In this document: positions 17,603-28,331 of the stretch, in pieces
Position numbering within the stretch: position 1 is the first letter of the stretch
Layout of the letters: every line of letters starts with the position of its first letter
From: Bacillota bacterium
GTDB taxonomy: Bacteria > Bacillota > Limnochordia > Darwinibacteriales > DTU012
Reading direction: 5' to 3'
NCBI GenBank assembly: GCA_012798795.1
Contig: JAAZMN010000129.1
Location: 1-41,332, forward strand
DNA: 41,332 nucleotides
Position numbers and translations under genes: made by a program
The notes under the pieces: generated by a model
Told to the model about the DNA's origin: nothing
Seen by the model: only the letters and a program-made list of their open reading frames with translations
Databases searched by the model: none

Positions 17603-19819
17603 TTGGAGCTAAGTGATAATGCACGTAAAGTATTAGAACGAAGATATTTAAAACAGGATGACAAAAATGTGATGGAGACACCTGAGCAAATGCTGTCTCG
17701 GGTAGCAGTTAGTATTGCTCAAGTAGAAGCTCAATGGGATAAAAACAAAGTGAAAGAGATGGAAGACAGATTTTTTGAGATAATGGATAATCTGGAATTT
17801 ATGCCTAACAGTCCGACATTAATGAATGCTGGCAGGGAGCTGCAGCAGTTAAGTGCTTGTTTTGTACTGCCCATTGAAGACTCGATGGAATCAATTTTTT
17901 CAACTTTAAAAAACACGGCATTAATTCAAAAATCTGGTGGGGGAACAGGCTTTAGTTTTTCTAAGATTAGGCCACAATCCGATCGTGTTAAATCTACCGG
18001 TGGTATAGCCAGCGGGCCGATTTCCTTTTTGAAATGTTACAATGCCGCTACAGAAGCAGTAAAACAAGGTGGCACCAGGCGAGGTGCCAATATGGGAATA
18101 TTAAGAGTTGACCATCCGGATATTTTAGATTTTATTAAGTGCAAAGCAGATAATAGAGAAATAACTAATTTCAATATTTCTGTGGGTATTACTGAACAGT
18201 TTATGGAGGCTGTAGAAAAGGATGCAGAATATGCATTGATTAATCCTAGAAATAAACTAGAAGTAGGAAAACTACAAGCTCGGGAAGTCTTTGATCTTAT
18301 TGTAGAAATGGCCTGGAGAAATGGGGAGCCGGGTATTGTATTTTTAGATCGCATAAATAAAGCTAATCCTACTCCACACATAGGTGAGATTGAGGCAACT
18401 AATCCCTGTGGAGAACAGCCTTTGCTGCCCAACGAAAGCTGTAATCTAGGTTCGATTAATCTTGCAAAATTTGCTAGAAAAACCGCATCCGGTTGGACTG
18501 TGGATTGGGATAGACTTGAATATGTAGTTAGAACTGCTGTGCGTTTCTTAGATAATGTGATCGATTGCAATAAATATCCTTTAGAAATTATAGAGGAAAT
18601 GACTAAGGCTAACCGTAAAATAGGTTTAGGAGTAATGGGTTTTGCTGACTTGTTAATTCGATTGGGAATAGCCTATAACTCTGTGGAAGGCGTTGAGTTT
18701 GGGAGAAAAATAATGCAGTTTATTCAAAGTACCGGTAGAGAGGCATCCCGTGAGCTTGCAGAAAAGCGGGGACCATTTCCTAATTATCGCGGAAGTACAT
18801 ATGAAAAACAGGGGATGCTTGTTAGAAATGCAACTGTTACAACCATAGCTCCCACCGGAACCATTTCAATTATATCAGGCTGTTCTAGTGGGATTGAACC
18901 TCTATTCGCACTGGCATTTACTAGAAATGTAATGGACGACGAAAAATTAATTGAGGTAAATCCGGTATTCGAAACAATTCTACATGAAAATGGACTATAT
19001 TCTCAGGAGTTAATGGAGCTGGTGGCCAAAACAGGTTCTGTCTCCAATCTGGCACAGATACCTGAAGAGCTACAGAGAATATTGGTAACTGCCCATGATA
19101 TTCAGCCTAAGTGGCACATAGAAATGCAGGCTGCTTTTCAGGAATTTACAGATAATGCAGTAAGCAAAACAGTTAATTTTCCTAAGGAAGCAGATAAAGA
19201 ACAGATTGAAGAAGTGTTTAGATTGGCATATAAATTAGGCTGTAAGGGGGTTACTGTTTATCGCAGTGGTTCGCGGGAAGGTGAAGTCTTGACTGTGGGT
19301 GATGATACGGTTAAAACTAAAGCATCACAAGGAGCAACAGCCAAGAAACACAGCCCTAGAAAGCGTCCGCAAGTGACAAAAGGCCAGACAGAACGAGTTA
19401 AGACAGGCTGCGGAACTTTATATGTAACGGTTAATGAAGATGATGAAGGTGTTTGCGAAGTATTTACTACTATTGGGAAATCCGGAGGTTGTGCTGCTGC
19501 TTTTTCGGAAGCAACTGCCAGATTGATATCTCTGGCATTAAGGTCAGGAATAGGTTTAGAGCAGATAATACGTCAGCTAAAAGGTATTCGGTGTCCTCAT
19601 CCTATGTGGCAGAACGGAAAGTTAATTCAGTCTTGTCCTGATGCAATTGCCATGGTCTTAGAGAACTATCTTGTAGCAAAAGAAGATAACTCCTTAATAA
19701 TTTCCAATAATCTAGCAAAAGAACCGGGGTTTACTACATGTCCTGATTGTGGGGGTAGTTTAAAGCACGAAAGCGGATGCCTAACGTGTATCGAATGTGG
19801 TTTCAGCCGCTGTGGATGA
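17603..19819 (+). CDS. nrdJ: Adenosylcobalamin-dependent (class II) ribonucleotide reductase with C-terminal zinc-ribbon tail
   Basis: 738 aa. NARKVLERRYL, FMPNSPTLMNAG, SACFVLP, NPCGEQPL (thiyl-radical Cys loop), TIAPTGTIS. C-terminal CPDCGG...CLTCIECG. TTG start 7 nt after GGAGTGGA. Confidence 0.9.
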   Translation: MELSDNARKVLERRYLKQDDKNVMETPEQMLSRVAVSIAQVEAQWDKNKVKEMEDRFFEIMDNLEFMPNSPTLMNAGRELQQLSACFVLPIEDSMESIFSTLKNTALIQKSGGGTGFSFSKIRPQSDRVKSTGGIASGPISFLKCYNAATEAVKQGGTRRGANMGILRVDHPDILDFIKCKADNREITNFNISVGITEQFMEAVEKDAEYALINPRNKLEVGKLQAREVFDLIVEMAWRNGEPGIVFLDRINKANPTPHIGEIEATNPCGEQPLLPNESCNLGSINLAKFARKTASGWTVDWDRLEYVVRTAVRFLDNVIDCNKYPLEIIEEMTKANRKIGLGVMGFADLLIRLGIAYNSVEGVEFGRKIMQFIQSTGREASRELAEKRGPFPNYRGSTYEKQGMLVRNATVTTIAPTGTISIISGCSSGIEPLFALAFTRNVMDDEKLIEVNPVFETILHENGLYSQELMELVAKTGSVSNLAQIPEELQRILVTAHDIQPKWHIEMQAAFQEFTDNAVSKTVNFPKEADKEQIEEVFRLAYKLGCKGVTVYRSGSREGEVLTVGDDTVKTKASQGATAKKHSPRKRPQVTKGQTERVKTGCGTLYVTVNEDDEGVCEVFTTIGKSGGCAAAFSEATARLISLALRSGIGLEQIIRQLKGIRCPHPMWQNGKLIQSCPDAIAMVLENYLVAKEDNSLIISNNLAKEPGFTTCPDCGGSLKHESGCLTCIECGFSRCG

Positions 19820-19846
19820 GTAAAACGAATATGGTGGTGATTATAT

Positions 19847-21223
19847 ATGTTGAAAAAAAGAACAACGAGATTGCTGCTGGTAAGTCTGGTTGTGATAATT
19901 TTTTCAAATCCGCTGGTTAAAGCAGAAGATTCGGCAGTGGAAATTGTAATCAATATACCACAATTTAAACTCTATCTTTATGAAAACCAGATACTAATCA
20001 GGCAGTATCCGATTGGAGTTGGTAATGAAGTAAGACCGTCAGTATTAGGGAAAACAGAAGTAATTAATCGCGTTGTTAATCCTACATATTATCCGCCACG
20101 TTGGTGGGAGCGGGGAGTTGAACCAATACCTCCAGGACCGGATAATCCAGTAGGGACAAGGTGGATTGGATTGGGTTTTCCAAGTTATGGAATTCACGGC
20201 ACTAATAATCCTGATTCTATCGGTAAAGCAATGTCAGCGGGATGTATAAGAATGTACAATGCTGACATTGAAGAATTAATTGAACTTGTTCCCATAGGAA
20301 CGCCGGTGTCACTAATTTATCAGACAATTATTGTTAATCAAGACCCACTCTTAAATACCAAGACCATTGCTGTTTACCCTGATATTTACAACAGCAGTTC
20401 TAATACAGTAGCTAATGCCAAACAGATTTTAGAACAGCGTCAATGGAATGATGTTTATTTACCTGTCTTAGAGTGTATCATGGACAATTCAACAGGGATG
20501 AACATGCCCTTACCCATAGCTGTGGATATTAGAGTTAATGATCAATTGCTGGATCAAAAGGCAGTTAAGTACGGTAAGAAGTATTATATTCCACTTAATC
20601 AGTGGGAAGACGCTGCCGTATCAGACAGCAGTTATCAGGATTTTAAGCTGTGGGATGGGAAATATGTAAATCTGATCGAATTTGCCAATACTAATGGCTG
20701 TGGATATCATGTAGGAGATGAGATTGAGATATTTGACGTAGAAGTAGTTTTGTTTGATGAGCCTATTGGACTCAATGCTTTTTTATTCGATAATCAACTT
20801 TATCTTTCCGTAGATGAATTAAGCAATAAGGTTGGTTTACCGGTACCGGATTTTCTCAACGGGATGATTAAGGAAATTGAGGGAAACAGATGCCTTGATC
20901 AGTCTGGAATCAAAGCGTGGGGGTTTACCATTGATTGGGAGTATCCGTTGAGACAAGTAAAACTACAGATTCCCCAAGCATATTTAGATCAAAAGTTATT
21001 AGGAATAGCTCTAACTGAAATCAATGAAGAAATATACGTACCTTTCAATCCGATTATAGATTTAATTAAAGCTAAACCGAACTTTTTAAATGATGAAAAC
21101 ACCCTATTGTTTTATAATACACACGGTGTGGAAATGCTCAAGGTCAATGATTTAGTATATGTCCCAGAATGGGTGATTAGGTGGTTGATGCCTGGGGCAG
21201 AGCTGTCAATTATTTATCCATAA
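19847..21223 (+). CDS. L,D-transpeptidase (YkuD domain) with C-terminal repeat (copper-amine-oxidase-N-like) region
   Basis: Signal peptide. YkuD catalytic block GIHGTNNPDSIGKAMSAGCIRM. C-terminal repeats of the ..YIPLNQW / ..LYLSVDEL / ..IYVPFNPI type. Confidence 0.85.
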   Translation: MLKKRTTRLLLVSLVVIIFSNPLVKAEDSAVEIVINIPQFKLYLYENQILIRQYPIGVGNEVRPSVLGKTEVINRVVNPTYYPPRWWERGVEPIPPGPDNPVGTRWIGLGFPSYGIHGTNNPDSIGKAMSAGCIRMYNADIEELIELVPIGTPVSLIYQTIIVNQDPLLNTKTIAVYPDIYNSSSNTVANAKQILEQRQWNDVYLPVLECIMDNSTGMNMPLPIAVDIRVNDQLLDQKAVKYGKKYYIPLNQWEDAAVSDSSYQDFKLWDGKYVNLIEFANTNGCGYHVGDEIEIFDVEVVLFDEPIGLNAFLFDNQLYLSVDELSNKVGLPVPDFLNGMIKEIEGNRCLDQSGIKAWGFTIDWEYPLRQVKLQIPQAYLDQKLLGIALTEINEEIYVPFNPIIDLIKAKPNFLNDENTLLFYNTHGVEMLKVNDLVYVPEWVIRWLMPGAELSIIYP

Positions 21224-21229
21224 ACTTCA

Positions 21230-21260
21230 AACCCACTTCCTAAGGAAGTGGGTTTTGTTT
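21230..21260. terminator. Bidirectional rho-independent terminator between convergent genes
   Basis: AACCCACTTCC-taa-GGAAGTGGGTT stem of 11 bp, followed by TTGTTT. Lies between the L,D-transpeptidase (+) and the SLH protein (-). Confidence 0.75.
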
Positions 21261-21264
21261 ATAC

Positions 21265-22458
21265 TTACATTGAAACGCCGGATAATAATCGCTGAGCAAT
21301 TTCTATTTGAGCGTATTCAAGCAGCTGCTCCCAATTCTGATTAATTGCTGAGTAGAATATTTCGGGAGTAACTCCCAGATAATCAGAGAATATCAAAGCA
21401 GCTCGATCAACTCCCATGTTTTTCAGTGACGTCCAATCTTGAGAAAGAAGTGCATCAGTTTCCCATGGTGTCAATCCTAATTCTATTAATTGTGCAGAGA
21501 GATTATGGCGAAATCCGTCACTTACTGTAGTCCAATCTCCAGAAATGATTGCCGCAATTTGTTCAGGAGTAAGAATCTGCTGTAAGACTTGAAGTGTTTC
21601 AGCATTGGTTAGTGTCTCTATATTTGGAGATTCGCGGAATTTCTGTAATAAACCGGTCAAACTCTGCAGCAAATTATTATTGGCAAGAGTGGGAGTAACA
21701 TTAACAACAGCTACACTGCCGTAAATGTCATATAAGGCATTTAGTTGATCGCCTGTCTTGATTTGTTCGATTTGCTTAGTCTCACCATTTCGCAGTATAA
21801 TGGTATCAGCTTCAACAGGTAGATAGCGAAATTGTTCGCTGCCGGTATTGATTATAATCCAATTTGCCGGTTTGCGGACTTCTACTACTTCACCAGCAAC
21901 TGTCTCTAAGTTCATGATTGCATCAAATATGGCTGCAACTTCGGCCCGGGTTGATAAACGCTCAGGTTCAAAGTGGTTCATAACATAAATAGGCAGCACA
22001 TCCAGCTTATTGATTAATTCAATAGTAGCGAATAGCGGATGATTAGGGTCTACGTCTTCGAATGATTGCTCCCATTCATCAACATTAATGCTTTGTTTTG
22101 ACAGATTGAGTAAGTTAGCGGCAGCTGCAATTAGCTCTGTTCTGGTAATAAAAGTATCATTCTGTTCTACAAGGTCAGCTTCAGGCATAAAGTGGTCTAA
22201 CCAGCTGTAAAGAGCCTGCTGTTCAGCACTGGAGAGATTAAAGCACTTGGCGGCTAATTCAATTAGTTCATCTAATGTAACATTGTTATTTGGCTGAAAA
22301 GACTCATTATAGACTCCTTCAAATACACCTAAATCCGATAGTCTAATTATAGCTTCTTGTGCCCAACTTCCTTCAATGTCAGAAAAGTTAGTTGAAGCAA
22401 TGACAGTATTGCTGAATAATAATATGGTCGTCAATAAGAATATGGATATTTTCTTCAT
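21265..22458 (-). CDS. Secreted S-layer-homology (SLH) domain protein
   Basis: Signal peptide. Three SLH-like repeats (FSDIEGSWAQEAIIRLSDLGVFEG..., ...TRTELIAAAANLL..., FEDVDPNHPLFATIELINKLDV...RLSTRAEVAAIF). C-terminal domain unassigned. Confidence 0.8.
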   Translation of the reverse strand: MKKISIFLLTTILLFSNTVIASTNFSDIEGSWAQEAIIRLSDLGVFEGVYNESFQPNNNVTLDELIELAAKCFNLSSAEQQALYSWLDHFMPEADLVEQNDTFITRTELIAAAANLLNLSKQSINVDEWEQSFEDVDPNHPLFATIELINKLDVLPIYVMNHFEPERLSTRAEVAAIFDAIMNLETVAGEVVEVRKPANWIIINTGSEQFRYLPVEADTIILRNGETKQIEQIKTGDQLNALYDIYGSVAVVNVTPTLANNNLLQSLTGLLQKFRESPNIETLTNAETLQVLQQILTPEQIAAIISGDWTTVSDGFRHNLSAQLIELGLTPWETDALLSQDWTSLKNMGVDRAALIFSDYLGVTPEIFYSAINQNWEQLLEYAQIEIAQRLLSGVSM

Positions 22459-22663
22459 TAAAGCAATGTCTCCTTTCGGTTGTTGACTGCATTAACAATA
22501 ATATAATTATAATACACCTATTACTTCGCAGTTTACAAGGGTTTACCTCTATGTAATAGTAACCTCTACTGTTAAGCTTTGGGTTATGTGGTGGTCAATG
22601 GCAATAATAGAAGGTTTTTAATTGAAAATGTGGAATTTGTTAGGAAGAAATGAGGGGAAACTT

Positions 22664-25243
22664 ATGGAAAAAACTCTGTTTTTAATCGATGGCAATAGTT
22701 TGTTGAATCGAGCTTATTATGCTTTACCGCCCTTAACTACAGTTAGTGGCGAACCTACTAATGCAATATATGGCTTTACGATGATGCTCTTTCGTTTGTT
22801 AGATGATTATAATCCTACTCAAATTTGTGTTGCATTTGATGTATCTGCACCCACATTTCGCCATGAAGCATATAAAGAGTATAAAGCTAACCGCAAAGGA
22901 ATGCCGGATGATCTGCGTGTGCAGATGGATGGTATCAAGCAAGTTCTGGATGCGTGGGGCATACTACGTTTAGAATTGGCAGGGTATGAAGCTGATGATA
23001 TTATAGGAACGGCAGCAAAAAAAGGGGAAGCTTTAGGTTATAAGGTATATATTGTAACCGGAGATCGGGATGCTCTGCAGTTAATTTCCGAGCAGACAAA
23101 TGTACTGCTGACTAAACGCGGTATTAAAGAAATTGAAGTAATGGATCTTAATAGACTGGCACAGGAATATCAATTAAAACCCGAACAGATTATTGATTTA
23201 AAAGGATTAATGGGTGATACTTCAGATAACATTCCCGGCGTACCAGGAGTAGGCAAAAAAACAGCCTTAAGACTATTGAAAGACTATCACAGTATAGATA
23301 AACTATATGAAGAGATAGAACAAGAAAAAGGAAAGCTAAAACAGCGCTTGATTGAAAATTATGATCAGGCTGTGCTCAGTAAAAAATTGGCAACTATTGA
23401 TTGTCAAGTTCCGCTAAAAATCGATTTTTCAGCTGATTTAAATAAAGACGACGATGAATTGGTAGAAATATTCAGCAGATTAGAATTTAATAGTTTACTG
23501 GAACGAATTATAAGTAAGGATAGGAAAGAAAGCGGGAAAACGGCTGCCGAAAACCTTGAGTTCAAAGTGAATATCTTAAAGAAGCATGATTTACCAGAGT
23601 TAACACAGGAATTGGCGGCAACTGAGAATATTGCAGTCTATCTAACACATCGGGATTTAGCTGCTGCATCCCAAGATAGCTGCTGGTATATTTCTAAGGA
23701 TCTAATTATCGATTTTATTAGTTTATTAGGTGAAATCAATTCTCATTTAAGCATATACACTAACGATGCAAAAGCATTATCCAAATTTTCTGTTGAAGCA
23801 GGCTGTGATTTGAATGTATTAATAGATACAACCTTAGCTGGTTATGTACTAGACCCGAACGGTTCTTTGGACTTATCAGCTTTATCCGTACGCTACGGTG
23901 GACTATCGCCGCTGATGGAATTGGAGGATAACCCTGAATGTCTGGCCTTAAAAGCAAAACGAGTGTTGGAACTGGCTCCAAAATTAAAAGAACGGCTTAT
24001 TCAAGACGATTTAATGACTTTATATCAAGAAATTGAATTACCATTGGCGAAGGTTTTAGCAAAAATGGAAACCAGAGGGATTTTTTGTAATCCTACGACA
24101 CTTAAGCAGTTATCAGATGAAATGAAGAAAGCCCTTGATAAATTAACCAGAGAAATAATTGAGTTAGCAGGCGAAGAATTTAACATTAATTCACCTAAAC
24201 AACTGGGGAAAATTCTCTTTGAGAAGCTGGGCTTACCTGTAATTAAAAGAACAAAAACGGGGCCGTCTACTAATGCTGAGGTGTTAGAACAGTTAAGTTT
24301 TCATCCAATAGTTGCCAAAGTGCTGGAATTTCGTCAATTAAACAAGCTGAAGTCAACTTATACTGATGCACTAGGGGAGTTAATTGATGAGAAAACCGGA
24401 CGTATTCATACTACTTTTAACCAAACTGTTACAGCTACGGGAAGACTGAGCAGTGCGAATCCGAACTTACAAAACATTCCAATTCGTACTCCAGAAGGGC
24501 GGCGTATTCGAGGTGCATTTGAGTCTAAGCCTGATTGGTATCTTTTGGCTGCCGATTATTCCCAGATAGAACTGAGGGTTCTTGCTCATATCTCTAATGA
24601 TGAAGGAATGATCGATGCATTTAATTCAGGAGCTGACATTCATGCTCGGACTGCATCAGAGGTATTCCAAATTCCTCTGGACAAGGTTACCCCTTCTGAC
24701 AGAGAAGCTGCCAAAGCGATAAACTTTGGTATTGTGTATGGAATCAGCAGTTTTGGTTTGGCTAAAGGCACTAATTTATCAAGAACCAAAGCACAGCAGT
24801 ACATTGATCTTTACTTTAAGCGTTATCCTAAGGTTAAGTCTTATTTAGATGAAATAGTAAAGAAAGCAAGAAAACAAGGTTATGTAACTACAATTTTGAA
24901 CCGCAGGCGTTATCTACCTGATATTAATAGCAGAAACTATACACGCCGGTCGTTTGCAGAACGAATGGCTATGAATTCTCCCATTCAAGGCAGTGCAGCT
25001 GATATTATTAAAATAGCCATGTTAAAAATAGATCAGAGGCTTAGTGAGCAAAATTATCAAGCTAGAATGTTGCTTCAGGTACATGATGAGCTGGTTTTTG
25101 AAGTACCTGAAGAAGAATTAGCTGCTATTGCCCAGTTAGTAAAAAAAGAAATGGAATCAGCGATGGACCTTGCTGTCAAGTTAAAGGTTGATCTAAAAGT
25201 CGGTCGTGATTGGGAAAGTGTTAAACAGATAAATGAGGTGTGA
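22664..25243 (+). CDS. polA: DNA polymerase I
   Basis: The ATG at 22664 follows GAGGGG. 5'-nuclease domain (LIDGNSLLNRAYYA, TGDRDALQL). Polymerase motifs A (LLAADYSQIELRVLAH), B (RREAKAINFGIVYG) and C (LQVHDELVFE). The 22622 TTG is an upstream extension. Confidence 0.95.
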   Translation: MEKTLFLIDGNSLLNRAYYALPPLTTVSGEPTNAIYGFTMMLFRLLDDYNPTQICVAFDVSAPTFRHEAYKEYKANRKGMPDDLRVQMDGIKQVLDAWGILRLELAGYEADDIIGTAAKKGEALGYKVYIVTGDRDALQLISEQTNVLLTKRGIKEIEVMDLNRLAQEYQLKPEQIIDLKGLMGDTSDNIPGVPGVGKKTALRLLKDYHSIDKLYEEIEQEKGKLKQRLIENYDQAVLSKKLATIDCQVPLKIDFSADLNKDDDELVEIFSRLEFNSLLERIISKDRKESGKTAAENLEFKVNILKKHDLPELTQELAATENIAVYLTHRDLAAASQDSCWYISKDLIIDFISLLGEINSHLSIYTNDAKALSKFSVEAGCDLNVLIDTTLAGYVLDPNGSLDLSALSVRYGGLSPLMELEDNPECLALKAKRVLELAPKLKERLIQDDLMTLYQEIELPLAKVLAKMETRGIFCNPTTLKQLSDEMKKALDKLTREIIELAGEEFNINSPKQLGKILFEKLGLPVIKRTKTGPSTNAEVLEQLSFHPIVAKVLEFRQLNKLKSTYTDALGELIDEKTGRIHTTFNQTVTATGRLSSANPNLQNIPIRTPEGRRIRGAFESKPDWYLLAADYSQIELRVLAHISNDEGMIDAFNSGADIHARTASEVFQIPLDKVTPSDREAAKAINFGIVYGISSFGLAKGTNLSRTKAQQYIDLYFKRYPKVKSYLDEIVKKARKQGYVTTILNRRRYLPDINSRNYTRRSFAERMAMNSPIQGSAADIIKIAMLKIDQRLSEQNYQARMLLQVHDELVFEVPEEELAAIAQLVKKEMESAMDLAVKLKVDLKVGRDWESVKQINEV

Positions 25244-25249
25244 AAAGCG

Positions 25250-26086
25250 GTGCCCGAATTACCTGAAGTTGAAACTGTAAAACAGACTCTTATTCCGCTG
25301 GTAGTCGGCAAGAGAATTTCAGAATGCCAAGTATTATATCCGCGAGTATTACCTAAAAATCATGTAAATGAGTTTACAGCGGACATGATTAATCGAAAAA
25401 TTATTACAATATGTCGCAGAGGTAAATATTTGTTATTTTTGCTGGACTCAAAGCTACTGCTTGTCATTCATCTGCGAATGACAGGGCAGTTAGTATTTTA
25501 TCCGGAAAAATCTGCACCATTGGCAAAGCATACTTCAGCTGTCTTTACATTTTACGATGGGGGCGAGCTGCGTTTTGTTGATCAGCGGAAATTCGGTACA
25601 ATTTATCTAATGCCGGATTCTCAACTTCATATAATTAGCGGTTTATATACATTGGGACCTGAACCTTTATCCAAAGAATTTAGCAGTGAAATACTAACTA
25701 AAATTGTTAAGTCGGGTCGCTCGATTAAATCAATCTTGTTAGATCAAAAGAAAATAGCTGGATTAGGTAATATTTATACGGATGAAGTTTTGTATCGTGC
25801 AAGAATACATCCAAAAAGACCTGGTTCAAGTTTGGAAACTGCTGAGATATCAGCCTTATATCGCAGTATTGTCACAGTATTGCAAGAGGCAATTGCCGCA
25901 AAGGGCACTACTATCAAAGATTATCGCACTGGTGATGGGGACAGAGGAAATTTCCAAAATAAATTGCAGGTTTACGGAAAATCTGGTGAAGCGTGCCCAA
26001 CGTGTAACACATTAATTCAGAAAACAAAGATTTCGGGAAGAAGCAGTCATTTTTGTCCAAATTGTCAAAGGTGGGATAAAAGTTGA
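25250..26086 (+). CDS. mutM: Formamidopyrimidine-DNA glycosylase
   Basis: N-terminal (M)PELPEVE. H2TH region. C-terminal zinc finger CPTC...CPNCQ. GTG start. Confidence 0.93.
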   Translation: MPELPEVETVKQTLIPLVVGKRISECQVLYPRVLPKNHVNEFTADMINRKIITICRRGKYLLFLLDSKLLLVIHLRMTGQLVFYPEKSAPLAKHTSAVFTFYDGGELRFVDQRKFGTIYLMPDSQLHIISGLYTLGPEPLSKEFSSEILTKIVKSGRSIKSILLDQKKIAGLGNIYTDEVLYRARIHPKRPGSSLETAEISALYRSIVTVLQEAIAAKGTTIKDYRTGDGDRGNFQNKLQVYGKSGEACPTCNTLIQKTKISGRSSHFCPNCQRWDKS

Positions 26087-26664
26087 GGGGATTGACCGGA
26101 TCAATAGCCACCGGAAAAAGTACTGTAGCCAAAATATTAAGACAACATGGAGCTGTAGTCATTGATTCCGATCAGATTGCTAAAGAAGTTATAGAGCCGG
26201 GAACAGATGGTTGGATAGAGGTAAAAAAACATTTTCCAGAAGTAATCGGATTAGACCAAAAAGTTAATCGCAAGAAACTAGCCGAGATCATATTTGATAA
26301 TATTAAACGGCGCAGACTGTTGGAGGGTATAATTCATCCTTTAGTAATCACAAGGATAAAAGCAGAAGGGCGTTATCTAGAAAATCTGGGTAAGATAGTT
26401 TTTGTAGATATGCCGCTTTTATATGAAACTAATTCGCAGTTATGGTTAGAGGAAGTGTGGGTGGTTTATATCCCGCTGAAGCTTCAATTACAACGATTGA
26501 TGATCCGTGATAATTTATCAGAGTCAGAAGCACTTAAAAGAATTAATGCACAAATTTCCATCGAAGAGAAGCGGAAATTAGCAGATTACGTAATTGATAA
26601 CAGTGGTTCTTTAGATAATACCAAAGAACAAGTTGACAAACTTTGGTATCAGGTAATAAGATAA
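26083..26664 (+). CDS. coaE: Dephospho-CoA kinase
   Basis: P-loop GLTGSIATGKST. The TTG start overlaps the mutM stop by 4 nt. Conserved polA-mutM-coaE order. Confidence 0.88.
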   Translation: MRGLTGSIATGKSTVAKILRQHGAVVIDSDQIAKEVIEPGTDGWIEVKKHFPEVIGLDQKVNRKKLAEIIFDNIKRRRLLEGIIHPLVITRIKAEGRYLENLGKIVFVDMPLLYETNSQLWLEEVWVVYIPLKLQLQRLMIRDNLSESEALKRINAQISIEEKRKLADYVIDNSGSLDNTKEQVDKLWYQVIR

Positions 26665-26685
26665 AAAATAGGATGTGCTGGGGGG

Positions 26686-27255
26686 TTGCCATTGAACCGA
26701 CTATTAACGATTTTTGCTGTAGTAGTCATATTCGTAGTTGTATTGTATTTTTCTGTTTCTTTGAGGCCACTCCTCCAAAGACTTTATCCCCTGGATTATT
26801 CGGATATTATTAGCGAGCAGGCCCGGTTGTATAAAATTGATCCTTTATTGATTGCAGCCATAATAAGTGTGGAGAGTAGATGGGTTACTACTGCTGTTTC
26901 TTCTAAGGGGGCTGCTGGACTAATGCAGTTGATGCCTGATACGGCAGTATGGATTGCAGCTCAAACCAGGACTGATTTTACAGAGGATGATATCTTTATT
27001 CCAGAAATAAATATTAGATTTGGATGCTGGTATCTTAATTATCTGCAGGAGCAGTTTTCAAGTCTTACTGCTGCTTTAGCTGCATATAACGGTGGGCAGG
27101 GTAATGTGCGTCAATGGTTGGCGGAAAATATATGGGATGGCAGTTATGAAAATTTTTCTGATATTCCTTTTTGGGAAACCCGGGGTTATATCAAAAAAAT
27201 CACATATACTTGGAATATTTATCAAAAAATATATGATTATCAATGGGAAGAATGA
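26686..27255 (+). CDS. Membrane-anchored lytic transglycosylase (SLT domain)
   Basis: N-terminal TM helix. SLT catalytic region ISVESRW...AAGLMQLMPDTA...AYNGGQGNV. The true start may be the TTG at 26692, which is 6 nt after GGGGG. Confidence 0.85.
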   Translation: MPLNRLLTIFAVVVIFVVVLYFSVSLRPLLQRLYPLDYSDIISEQARLYKIDPLLIAAIISVESRWVTTAVSSKGAAGLMQLMPDTAVWIAAQTRTDFTEDDIFIPEINIRFGCWYLNYLQEQFSSLTAALAAYNGGQGNVRQWLAENIWDGSYENFSDIPFWETRGYIKKITYTWNIYQKIYDYQWEE

Positions 27256-27271
27256 GAGAGGATGAAGTTAT

Positions 27272-28306
27272 ATGAAACAACTAACAACTATTCAGGATGT
27301 TACAGCTTATCAACTAGAAAAGGGGCGAAAATTTTATTCTGCAAATCACGATGAAATTGAAGCGGGATTAACTACCGATGTCTATTTTATTAAGACAAAG
27401 CAAATCCTTGATTCTGCAGGCTACTCTGATAAAAGGGTCAGTGCTGAAATTTTTCCCAGGCGTTCAGGTGTTGTAGCGGGAGTCAATGAAGCATTAGCAT
27501 TACTCAGTAAGCTGGATGTTGAAGTTGAATGCCTGCCTGAAGGTTCCAAGTTTGAAGCAAAAGATGTGATTATGCGGATTACCGGGCGTTATAGCGACTT
27601 CGGTATTTATGAAACAGTACTTTTGGGAATTTTAGCCAGTTCCAGCGGTTGGGCAACTGCTGCACATGAAATTGCTCAAGCAGCAGATGGGAAGCCTTTC
27701 TTTTGTTTTGGGGCACGTCACGTTCATCCGTCGGTTGCACCTGTCATGGAACGTGCGGCTGTTATCGGAGGGGCCAGCGGTGCTTCATGTATTTTGGGAG
27801 CAAAATTGTTGGGATTAGAACCCGTCGGAACGGTACCTCATGCACTGTTTTTAATTGTAGGAGATACAGTTAAGGGTACTAAATTGTATGATCAAATAAT
27901 GCCTCCTGAATCTCCGCGAACTATTTTAGTAGATACTTTTAAAGATGAAGTTGAAGAAAGCCTCCGCTTAAGTGAGGCGTTAGGTGAAAAATTACAGGGG
28001 GTACGCATTGATACACCCAGCGAGCGGGGTGGTGTTACTGTGGGTTTAGTCAAAGAACTGCGGTTTAAACTAGATTTAGCCGGTTACAAACATGTTCAGA
28101 TCTTTGCTTCAGGAGGCATGGATGTTGAACGAGTTAAAATGCTATCCGAAGCCGGTGTTGATGCATTCGGTGTCGGCAGTTATATTTCAGCAGCACCACC
28201 AATTGATATGACTATGGATATTAAAGTCGTTGAGGGTAATCCGGTTGCTAAACGCGGTAGATTACCAGGATTGACTGACAGCAAAGATTTAAAGAAAATT
28301 TTGTAG
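27272..28306 (+). CDS. Nicotinate phosphoribosyltransferase, short (archaeal-type) family
   Basis: 344 aa. TIM-barrel type II PRTase pattern (FGARHVHP, GTVPHAL, RIDTPSERGG, GVGSYIS). The subfamily assignment is by recall only. Confidence 0.6.
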   Translation: MKQLTTIQDVTAYQLEKGRKFYSANHDEIEAGLTTDVYFIKTKQILDSAGYSDKRVSAEIFPRRSGVVAGVNEALALLSKLDVEVECLPEGSKFEAKDVIMRITGRYSDFGIYETVLLGILASSSGWATAAHEIAQAADGKPFFCFGARHVHPSVAPVMERAAVIGGASGASCILGAKLLGLEPVGTVPHALFLIVGDTVKGTKLYDQIMPPESPRTILVDTFKDEVEESLRLSEALGEKLQGVRIDTPSERGGVTVGLVKELRFKLDLAGYKHVQIFASGGMDVERVKMLSEAGVDAFGVGSYISAAPPIDMTMDIKVVEGNPVAKRGRLPGLTDSKDLKKIL

Positions 28307-28331
28307 GGGCTGTTTTTAAGGGGGGGTAGAA

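Noticed and set aside
18037-18570. 177-aa minus-strand ORF
   Set aside because: It is antisense inside nrdJ and has no recognisable motifs or SD. It is a shadow ORF. The same reasoning applies to 17731..17916, 19453..19641 and 19666..19953.
22483-22513. TTGACT ... TATAAT promoter-like elements upstream of polA
   Set aside because: The spacer to the perfect TATAAT is 19 nt and the 17-nt alternative gives a poor -10. Such hexamers occur by chance in this AT-rich divergent region.
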